Positions 56,950 through 64,000 of a DNA stretch of 64,000 bases are shown here, piece after piece. Every line of letters begins with the position of its first letter. The stretch's first letter is position 1. The stretch is from Kiritimatiellia bacterium (GTDB lineage Bacteria; Verrucomicrobiota; Kiritimatiellia; RFP12; UBA1067): the NCBI GenBank assembly GCA_050949565.1, contig JBMNFY010000001.1:160001-224000 (forward strand). The letters are read 5' to 3'. Below the pieces are notes generated by a model, which did no database searches, was not told the origin of the DNA, and worked only from the letters and a program-made list of their open reading frames with translations. Made by a program: the position numbers and the translations under genes.

Positions 56950-59295
56950 TTATTTGGACGGCTTGGGTGCCAGCGATGTCAGCAGGTGCAGCTTGAAGGC
57001 GCAGTCAGAACGGAACGCGGGAATGGGGATCGCGAGTTGTTTGTCCTTGCTGCGTACATCGAAGCGGCGGACCACCTGTCCTTTTTCCGTTTCGTAAAAT
57101 TCGACGCGATAAAGTCCCGGCGTGAATCCATCCAGTGACACGGTCAAGTGTTCGCCTTTGGGCGGTTCTTCACCTTCCCGCGCGAAACGGACGGGATAGA
57201 TATAGCCGCGCGCCGTATCCGGCGAGGCCGTACACACTGCCTTAAAGCGGGCGGCGGCATTCTTTTCAGCCTTGGCGTCGGCGCTTAGCGTGGCGTCGAT
57301 CATCTGCGACGCCGGATTGCGCGGATCGACACCCTCCATGAAGGCGCAGATCGGCGGGTAACGCGTATAGAGATTGTTCTCGTCAATCACCTGCCACCAC
57401 CAGAACATCGGGATACCTGCCATCGGCACACAGGCGCCGGACCAGATGGCGGCGTGTTGCTCGATCATCAAATTCTCCAGCCCGGTGGCCATGGCCGATC
57501 CGCCGAACTCGGTGATCAGGATCGGCTTGTTGTAGGGCGCGCCGGCCTTGGCGGTGCCGACGACCAGATCAACGATGTACTCCGGCGTGTCGGGGTGACG
57601 GTTGTTATAGGCATCAAGCGGATTGAAATCCATCTCCGCCATTTCACAGAGCACGGGATTCAGCAACCGGTAGTCGTTGGAGACGTGGACCGAGACCAAA
57701 TGACCGTAGGCATCAATGCTTTTCATGTACGCGCCGAGGACGCGGCACCATTCGACGACAGTGGGTTCAAAGTGGGTCTTGTGATGGGTTTCGTGTCCGG
57801 TCAGGTTGATCTCGCTACAGAGCTCATATCCGAACACGATCGGCGACCACCCCCAACGGGCGTGCGTGTAGCGGCAGAAACGGCGCTGCATCTCAATGGC
57901 GCGTGCGTCGTTGAAAAACTCCAGCGGCGCTTCCAGCCAGCCTCCCGGCGTCACTTTGTTGTAGGGGTGCAGATGCCACTCTGGATCGCTCCATGTGCTG
58001 ATGCGCCCGTGGTAATTGAGCACCAGATTGATGTAGATGCGGTGGTGCATGGCCAGATCGAGCACGCGGTCTAACTCCCACGCATTCCCCATGTGGTAGT
58101 CGTTGGCACCATGATATCCGCTGATCCCTTCGGTCCACTCGAGCCCCAGCGACCATGCGCTCATCCAGACCTCGGCCATGTTCTCGCCGGACTCTTGCAT
58201 GCGTTTGAAGTAACGGCGGTAGGCGGTTGGGCCTTCCTCTTTGCGCAGAACCCAGGGAAACTTGTCATCCATGCGCGCATCGGTCGCCGAGCGCGTGTTG
58301 TGCCCGATTGGATAGAAGAGTGTCCCGTCATCAAACTCGAAATAGCGGCGGTCGGTGTGTGAGACACGCACGAAACGCAGGGCGTCAGCCGCGGCCGGCG
58401 CTGCGTTGAAATGCAGGGCATTGGTGGCGACGGTGTGCCCGAACGCGTCGCGCGCGTAGAGCGTGACCGTGTAGGCGCCCGGTTCGCGCGGGCAATAGCG
58501 CAACCGCCACTCGGGTAGCCCGTCGGGCTCGACCGGTTGGCCGACCTCATCCTCGAGGCGATAGTGGGAGAGGTAGTAGAACGCATGGATCGTGTTGGTC
58601 ACGCCGGACGGGGTGACGATCTGCGCGCCGGCATCGATTTCCGTGGGGTCAAACGGATTGGCATAGCGGTCGGGCAGAGTGAAACCAGCCTCGAACAGGG
58701 CATAGGCGCGCGGCGTGCGGCTCAGGGGCCGGACCTTCGTAATCTGCGGAGCGCCGGCGGGTGGCTGCACGTCGAGTATTGCCGAAATCAGCGTGCACGT
58801 GCCGGTAAAGGCGGCGTCTGCGAAGACACGGAATCCGACAGATTGCGGATTTAATCGGACCCGGTGGTGCCAGCCCACGGAGTGCCCCGGCGTCTGCCAT
58901 CCCTCCGCGCCCGGCTGGAAGGGGATGGTCAGTTCGTTGGTGACGCCGGGTTTGAGGTGACCGGCGACCACATGCTGGTGCCAGAAATCATCGCGGTCCT
59001 TGAGCCAGACCAGTGCGCCGGAGTAGGGCGGCGCACCCTCCGGCCACACAAGGCTGATCCGCAATGCGACAGAAGAGAGCCACTGGGTCGGACTGGCGGT
59101 TGACAGCGAAAAGTTGTGCTCCCCAGGGAACGTTACGGTTTGCTCGCAAGGCAAGTTCAGCGCTGAACCGTCGCTTCCGGAAAGGGTCAGCGGGACGGAT
59201 TCAGCAGCCCGACAGCACAGGCTACAGGCCAAGAGGGTCAACCCCCAAAAAAAGGTGCGCTTACTAACCCGGCCACACATAGTCTTGCGTTTCAT
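56950..59295 (-). CDS. Secreted DUF5060-containing GH5-like glycoside hydrolase
   Basis: NPFDP, WRLRYCP..PG.Y DUF5060-like region; YELCSEIN and ITEFG clan GH-A glutamates; signal peptide. Confidence 0.75.
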   Translation of the reverse strand: MKRKTMCGRVSKRTFFWGLTLLACSLCCRAAESVPLTLSGSDGSALNLPCEQTVTFPGEHNFSLSTASPTQWLSSVALRISLVWPEGAPPYSGALVWLKDRDDFWHQHVVAGHLKPGVTNELTIPFQPGAEGWQTPGHSVGWHHRVRLNPQSVGFRVFADAAFTGTCTLISAILDVQPPAGAPQITKVRPLSRTPRAYALFEAGFTLPDRYANPFDPTEIDAGAQIVTPSGVTNTIHAFYYLSHYRLEDEVGQPVEPDGLPEWRLRYCPREPGAYTVTLYARDAFGHTVATNALHFNAAPAAADALRFVRVSHTDRRYFEFDDGTLFYPIGHNTRSATDARMDDKFPWVLRKEEGPTAYRRYFKRMQESGENMAEVWMSAWSLGLEWTEGISGYHGANDYHMGNAWELDRVLDLAMHHRIYINLVLNYHGRISTWSDPEWHLHPYNKVTPGGWLEAPLEFFNDARAIEMQRRFCRYTHARWGWSPIVFGYELCSEINLTGHETHHKTHFEPTVVEWCRVLGAYMKSIDAYGHLVSVHVSNDYRLLNPVLCEMAEMDFNPLDAYNNRHPDTPEYIVDLVVGTAKAGAPYNKPILITEFGGSAMATGLENLMIEQHAAIWSGACVPMAGIPMFWWWQVIDENNLYTRYPPICAFMEGVDPRNPASQMIDATLSADAKAEKNAAARFKAVCTASPDTARGYIYPVRFAREGEEPPKGEHLTVSLDGFTPGLYRVEFYETEKGQVVRRFDVRSKDKQLAIPIPAFRSDCAFKLHLLTSLAPKPSK

Positions 59296-59356
59296 ATGGA
59301 CCCTACAAAACTCACTGCTCTCCTTTTCATCCTATGGTGGAACAAGTGAGACAAAA

Positions 59357-60259
59357 TCACGCCTGCCCCCGCGTGGCATCCATGACACCGCGGAAATAAC
59401 CGATCGATTCGGCGATGCCCAACAGAGGGTCGGACATATCCTTTTCGTATTCCAGACTGCACACGCCGCTATACTTGACCTTGCGCAGGGCGCGCACAAA
59501 CGCCACCAGATCGATCTTACCGCGCGGCAGTTCGATCCCCCGCCCTTTCTTGGTGGCCTCGGTCACATTCTTGATGTGGATGTCGTGGATGCGGTCGGCA
59601 TACTTCAGCATGGCCTGGACGGGATCTTTGCCGTCGCGGAGCTGGTGGCCGATATCAAAGCAGAGCCCCACGCGCACGTCCATATCCTTGATGATCTCCA
59701 TCCCGCTTTCCGCAGTGGGGAACAGTTCCGGCATATCAGGGCCGTGATTGTGGATCGCGTACTTGATATCGTACTCTTTGACCTTCTCATTGATGAGCGC
59801 AAGCAGTTCGGGCGAAGCGACGCGTTTCTTTTCGACCATCTTGAACGGGACACCGACCAGCGTCTTGACGCCTACGCGTTTCGCATAGGCGAAAGCCTCG
59901 TTGACCGCCGCTTCGCTCCCCATGTAGATCGGCCCCACGCCATATCCGGTGACGCCGGAACGCTTGCAGGTCTCGTGGAAGGCTGCGATCTCCTCATCCG
60001 TGCTCTTCAACGGCAGGTGGAAATCCTTGATGCACAGATAGTGGACATCGACGCGCTTCATCATTTCAAGCGTCTGATCCAGTTTGAACTTGTGGAAGGT
60101 GTACCCCGCGATGCCGAGGCGGAAAGTGTCCTGCGGGTTGCCGGTTGTTGTATCCGCCGACGTCTGCGCGTGAACGCGGTTCGCCAACAGTGTCGGCGTA
60201 CTGGCCGCCGCCGCCAAACCAAGACTCGCCTGCTTGAAAAATGAACGCCGAGTTGTCAT
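59357..60259 (-). CDS. Tat-exported sugar-phosphate isomerase/epimerase (AP endonuclease 2 fold)
   Basis: TRRSFFK twin-arginine signal; IHNHG, FDIGH, IHIKN, SLEYE. Confidence 0.88.
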   Translation of the reverse strand: MTTRRSFFKQASLGLAAAASTPTLLANRVHAQTSADTTTGNPQDTFRLGIAGYTFHKFKLDQTLEMMKRVDVHYLCIKDFHLPLKSTDEEIAAFHETCKRSGVTGYGVGPIYMGSEAAVNEAFAYAKRVGVKTLVGVPFKMVEKKRVASPELLALINEKVKEYDIKYAIHNHGPDMPELFPTAESGMEIIKDMDVRVGLCFDIGHQLRDGKDPVQAMLKYADRIHDIHIKNVTEATKKGRGIELPRGKIDLVAFVRALRKVKYSGVCSLEYEKDMSDPLLGIAESIGYFRGVMDATRGQA

Positions 60260-60338
60260 CTTGAACCTCCCGTGTTGTCTGAGCGCTAAAAGCGACATCG
60301 CGCAAACTTTCCCCGGCGCGAATCGCGTACCTAAAAAA

Positions 60339-60412
60339 TGGAGCGGGCGATGGGAATCGAACCCACGTAAGAAGCTTGGGAAGCTCCTATTCTACCATTG
60401 AATTACGCCCGC
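60339..60412 (-). tRNA. tRNA-Gly (CCC)
   Basis: Reverse complement GCGGGCG...TGGTAGAA..GGAGC-TT-CCC-AA-GCTTC...GGTTCGATTCC..CGCCCGC-TCCA, 74 nt with encoded CCA. Confidence 0.96.
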
Positions 60413-60472
60413 CAAAAGAATGGTGCCACTGTATCAAAAATTCACAGGCGGTCAAAGGCGATTTTTTTGAAA

Positions 60473-61156
60473 TTAGTCAACAAATCCGTTGGGTTCATTG
60501 CTGGCGTTGAGATCCGGCACACAGGCATGGCAGGTCCATGTGCCGTCCGGCGCTTCAAGCAACGCCGCGCCGTGCAAAAACCCGATCCAGTTTTCCGCAG
60601 TGTAGGTACGGATCTTGAGCCCCGTCAGAAATGAGGCGATGAAGATGTCGTGGCTGATAAAAATGGCGAGTTGCGCCGTTGTGTGACGACGCAGCCACTC
60701 TGCGAATTGCTCAGTGGCCGGGCCGATCGGCCTTGAGTAGGGGGCAATGCCGTTACGCAGATAATCGAGCATGAATTCCATATAGCCGCGCTGTCGCATC
60801 TCTTCCTGGACCGCGTAGTGATCCTCATAATAAAAGCCGAGCACGCCGAGCGGTTCGGCGTCGATGATGGGCGCGTCCGGCAAGTTCATCCCCTCGGCTA
60901 TGTAACGTGCGGTAAGTTGGCAGCGCACCATGGGGCTCGCGAAAAACTGGACGTCGCTGATACCGGTCAAGGGCACCCCTGCTGCGTGCGCCGCCTTGAT
61001 GCCGCGTGGTGTCAGGCCGAGCGTACGCCCGAACTCCTTGTCATCGGATCGGATCGGGGGTCGTTCAGCGTGGCGCAGTAGTAGTGCGACACGGTGACCT
61101 TGATCGATCCTGATGCGGACCTGCGGGATATCGAGTGTTTCTAGGGATGTCTTCAC
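60473..61156 (-). CDS. Histidine phosphatase superfamily protein
   Basis: LRHAER, LTPRG, ASPMVRC.LTA, ISHD. Confidence 0.87.
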   Translation of the reverse strand: MKTSLETLDIPQVRIRIDQGHRVALLLRHAERPPIRSDDKEFGRTLGLTPRGIKAAHAAGVPLTGISDVQFFASPMVRCQLTARYIAEGMNLPDAPIIDAEPLGVLGFYYEDHYAVQEEMRQRGYMEFMLDYLRNGIAPYSRPIGPATEQFAEWLRRHTTAQLAIFISHDIFIASFLTGLKIRTYTAENWIGFLHGAALLEAPDGTWTCHACVPDLNASNEPNGFVD

Positions 61157-61257
61157 GGGGGCGCAGTGTAGCAGGAATGTGCGCTATTTTCAAATGGCGC
61201 ATATGGTTTCTGACATGCCGAGTACAAGGATTGAACCGAATTTTAAATCGAATACGC

Positions 61258-61285
61258 TTGCCACTTGGAGGCGTAATCGTATAAA
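61258..61285 (+). promoter_or_regulatory. Sigma-70 promoter of tRNA-Leu
   Basis: TTGCCA-16 bp-TATAAA upstream of the tRNA. Confidence 0.55.
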
Positions 61286-61303
61286 GTACGGCTCGTTTTC
61301 TCC

Positions 61304-61387
61304 GCTCGGGTGGTGGAATGGCAGACACGTATGTTTGAGGGACATATGCCGAGAGGTGTGGGGGTTCGAGTCCCCCCCCGAGCACCA
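61304..61387 (+). tRNA. tRNA-Leu (GAG)
   Basis: GCTCGGG..GGTGGAATGGCAGACAC, TATGT-TT-GAG-GG-ACATA, long variable arm, GGTTCGAGTCC, CCGAGC-ACCA. Confidence 0.96.
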
Positions 61388-61398
61388 TATTGATTTGA

Positions 61399-61442
61399 GG
61401 CCCGTTTTTGCTGGCAGGTTACAGCGAGAACGGGCTTTTTTA
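61399..61442 (+). terminator. Terminator after tRNA-Leu
   Basis: GCCCGTTTTTGCTG...CAGCGAGAACGGGC stem followed by T run. Confidence 0.7.
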
Positions 61443-61467
61443 TTGAGGACAGCAAGCCCTCTCGTCC

Positions 61468-62157
61468 TCATCGCGCGAGCCATCCGCCGTCGACGGGAAT
61501 GATTGCTCCGTGCACGTAGTTGGATAGGTGGGAGGCGAGGAATACCGCCGCGCCGCCGATGTCCGAAGCCTCGCCCCAGCGTCCGGCCGGGATGCGATCG
61601 AGGATCTGGCGGGAACGAACCGGATCGGCGCGGAGCGCCGCCGTGTTGTCGGTCGCGATGTAGCCCGGCGCGATGCCGTTCACGTTCACGCCCTTCGGCG
61701 CCCATTCGTTCGCGAGCGCCTTCACGAGCTGTCCTACGCCGCCCTTCGAGGCCGCGTAGCCCGGTACCGTGATGCCGCCCTGGAACGTGAGGAGTGAGCA
61801 GATGAAGATGATTTTGCCGTTACCGCGCGCGATCATGTCCTTGCCGAATTCGCGGGCGAGGATGAACTGCGCGTTTAGATTCACGTTCATCACCTTGTCC
61901 CACCACTCGTCCGGATGCTCTGCCGCCGGTTTGCGCAGGATCGTCCCCGCGTTGTTCACGAGGATGTCAATTACCGGATGCGCTTTCTTCGTCTTCTCGA
62001 TGAAGGCGTAGACGGCCGCACGGTCCGACAGATCGCACTCCGCCGAACAGGTGGTGATTACCTCGGCGCCTTCGGCTTTGAGCGCCTCGGCGATTCCCTT
62101 CCCGATGCCGCGGTTTCCGCCCGTCACGAGCGCCACTTTCCCTTTTAGCATGTCCAT
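61468..62157 (-). CDS. kduD: 2-dehydro-3-deoxy-D-gluconate 5-dehydrogenase-like SDR
   Basis: TGGNRGIG, NNAG, SLLTFQGGITVPGYAASKGG, IAPGYIATDNT.ALR.D, VDGGWLAR. Confidence 0.82.
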   Translation of the reverse strand: MDMLKGKVALVTGGNRGIGKGIAEALKAEGAEVITTCSAECDLSDRAAVYAFIEKTKKAHPVIDILVNNAGTILRKPAAEHPDEWWDKVMNVNLNAQFILAREFGKDMIARGNGKIIFICSLLTFQGGITVPGYAASKGGVGQLVKALANEWAPKGVNVNGIAPGYIATDNTAALRADPVRSRQILDRIPAGRWGEASDIGGAAVFLASHLSNYVHGAIIPVDGGWLAR

Positions 62158-62377
62158 TTGCTATTGTCCTTTCCCACATCCACATCCGCGGTCTTTTTTC
62201 GAGCTTCCAGAGCCACCGCCGACATAGTATACTTCCGCTTCTTCATAGGACAGATTCTATCGGATTTAACCGTGAATGTTAGGTGTAAAGTTGTTAACAT
62301 GCGAGTAGGGTTCACGTTATGACGGTTGGCTATGTGGAGTCGGCCTTTATGGTTTTTGGACCGAGGGCGGCGAGGCA

Positions 62378-64000
62378 ATGAGGTGGGTAGCAGTTTGCTG
62401 GACGATGTTGTGCGCGGTGGCGGTGGTGTCTGACGCACATGCGGCGAAGGGAGTGGGCGTGGATATTCCGTATCATTCAACCGTTCTGGAAAACGGTCTG
62501 ACTGTCATCGTACATGAAGATCACAAGGCGCCTATCGTGGCCGTGAATGTCTGGTACCATGTGGGTTCCAAGGACGAACGTCCCGGACGCACCGGCTTCG
62601 CCCACCTCTTCGAACATCTGATGTTCAACGGCAGCGAGCACTTCAACGACGATTGGTTCAAGGCGATGGAGCGGGTCGGTGCCACCGGCATGAACGGCAC
62701 CACAGGGCAGGATCGAACCAACTACTTTCAAGAGGTGCCGCGCGATGCGCTGGCCTTCGCGCTCTGGATGGAGTCGGACCGCATGGGCCACCTGCTCGGC
62801 GCACTGACGCAGGAGCGGCTGGACGAGCAGCGCGGCGTGGTGCTGAATGAGAAACGCCAAGGCGACAACCAGCCGTACCGCATCGCTTGGCGGTTGATCA
62901 CACAGAACACCTGGCCCGCCGGCCACCCTTATTCGTGGGAGGTGATCGGTTCCGAAGAGGATCTGAAAGCCGCCACGCTTGAAGATACGCATGCGTGGTT
63001 CAAAGAGTTCTACGGTCCCGCCAATGCGGTGCTGGTGATTGCGGGCGATGTTGATACGCATGAGGCAGTGGAACTGGCACGACGCGCGTTCGGCGACATT
63101 CCGCCGGGGCCGCCGGTGCAGCGCCACAAGGCGTATGTCGCGAAGCGGAGCGGTACGCAGCGCATGACCGCGCAGGATCGCGTACCGCAGGCACGGCTCC
63201 ACAAGGTTTGGAACATTCCGCCGTACGGCACGACCGAAGGCAATCTGCTCAGCGTGGCGGCGGGCGTTTTGGCGGAAGGCAAGACATCGCGCCTCTACCG
63301 TCGTCTGGTTCACGACGAGCAACTGGCGACGGATGTGAACGCTTGGGCGAGCCTGAATGAGATCGCGGGTCAGTTCATGATCATCGCCACCGTCCGTTCC
63401 GGCGTGTCGGTGGACGCGGTTGAACAGGCCATCGACGAGGAGGTGGCGCGCTTGCTTAAAGAGGGACCGGAAGAGGACGAACTGCAACGGGTCAAAGCCG
63501 GCTTCGAGGCGGATTTCGTGCGCGGCTGCGAGCGGGTGGGCGGGTTCGGCGGCAAATCGGATGTGTTGGCGCGCAACGCTGTGCTGACCGGCGATCCGGC
63601 GTATTACAAGACGGTGCTGCGCGAAACGCTTGACGCGACGCCCACGGCGGTGCGCGACACCGCGCGCGCTTGGTTGTCGGATGGCGCGTTCGTGCTCACC
63701 GTCGAGCCGTTCCCCGATTATCGCGCGTCGGCCAACGGCATGGACCGCTCTGCTGTGCCGTTTCCGACATTGAAGCCGCAACCGCAGTTGCCGGCGTTCC
63801 AACGGGCGACACTCGCCAACGGGTTGCGCGTGGTGCTGGCCGAGCGACAGGAAACACCGCTGGTTCAGATGGCGTTGCTGGTGCCCTCCGGTTTTGCGGC
63901 GGATCGCGGCGGCGTGGCCGGTACGGCGAGTCTGGCGGCAGCGATGCTTGACGAGGGTACGCGGAGCCGCGACGCGCTGGCGCTCAGCGCAGAACTCGAT
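62378..64000 (+). CDS. M16 family zinc peptidase (pitrilysin-like), runs off the window; absent from supplied ORF track
   Basis: MRWVAVCW... signal peptide, LENGLTVIVHEDHKAPIVAVNVWYHVGSKDE, GFAHLFEHL HxxEH motif, second-half LANGLRVVL. Confidence 0.93.
   Translation, partial: MRWVAVCWTMLCAVAVVSDAHAAKGVGVDIPYHSTVLENGLTVIVHEDHKAPIVAVNVWYHVGSKDERPGRTGFAHLFEHLMFNGSEHFNDDWFKAMERVGATGMNGTTGQDRTNYFQEVPRDALAFALWMESDRMGHLLGALTQERLDEQRGVVLNEKRQGDNQPYRIAWRLITQNTWPAGHPYSWEVIGSEEDLKAATLEDTHAWFKEFYGPANAVLVIAGDVDTHEAVELARRAFGDIPPGPPVQRHKAYVAKRSGTQRMTAQDRVPQARLHKVWNIPPYGTTEGNLLSVAAGVLAEGKTSRLYRRLVHDEQLATDVNAWASLNEIAGQFMIIATVRSGVSVDAVEQAIDEEVARLLKEGPEEDELQRVKAGFEADFVRGCERVGGFGGKSDVLARNAVLTGDPAYYKTVLRETLDATPTAVRDTARAWLSDGAFVLTVEPFPDYRASANGMDRSAVPFPTLKPQPQLPAFQRATLANGLRVVLAERQETPLVQMALLVPSGFAADRGGVAGTASLAAAMLDEGTRSRDALALSAELD

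Noticed and set aside
60339-61470. Prophage or integrative element at tRNA-Gly or tRNA-Leu
   Set aside because: No integrase and no duplicated tRNA 3' end noticed in the window
62264-62325. Integron attC-like site (ATTTAAC-N7-GTTAGGT)
   Set aside because: Only a right-hand half-site; no matching left half, cassette array or intI in the window
62477-63802. 441-aa minus-strand ORF
   Set aside because: Antisense shadow of the plus-strand M16 peptidase, which has a clear HxxEH motif

Overview
GC-rich bacterial chromosomal segment. Gene content and style suggest an anaerobic PVC-superphylum organism such as Kiritimatiellaeota or Lentisphaerae (inference). It carries housekeeping genes (5'-truncated rpoD, nrdDG with tandem NrdR boxes, lysA, pyruvate dehydrogenase E2/E3, hrpA, trpB, ettA, kdgK, kduD-like SDR, tRNA-Gly-CCC, tRNA-Leu-GAG, 3'-truncated M16 peptidase) and many secreted carbohydrate-active or LamG proteins. 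Most notable observations: (1) a putative operon of short DAHP synthase, beta-propeller/di-heme cytochrome c, chorismatase-like Rid protein and a dedicated ResB/CcsA heme-attachment pair; (2) two MITEs with clear TIRs and target-site duplications that carry REP or short-tandem-repeat cargo; (3) modular intergenic arrays in which a conserved linker alternates with different short-tandem-repeat arms; (4) a 310-bp collapsed type I restriction-modification locus made of three gene fragments; (5) a paralogous pair of tandem-GYF_2 coiled-coil proteins; (6) a shared short C-terminal tail on two LamG surface proteins. Two single-base frameshifts (LamG gene, E2 gene) may be sequencing errors. No CRISPR array, rRNA, integrase or intact transposase was seen. 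All family assignments come from motif recognition by eye, not database searches.
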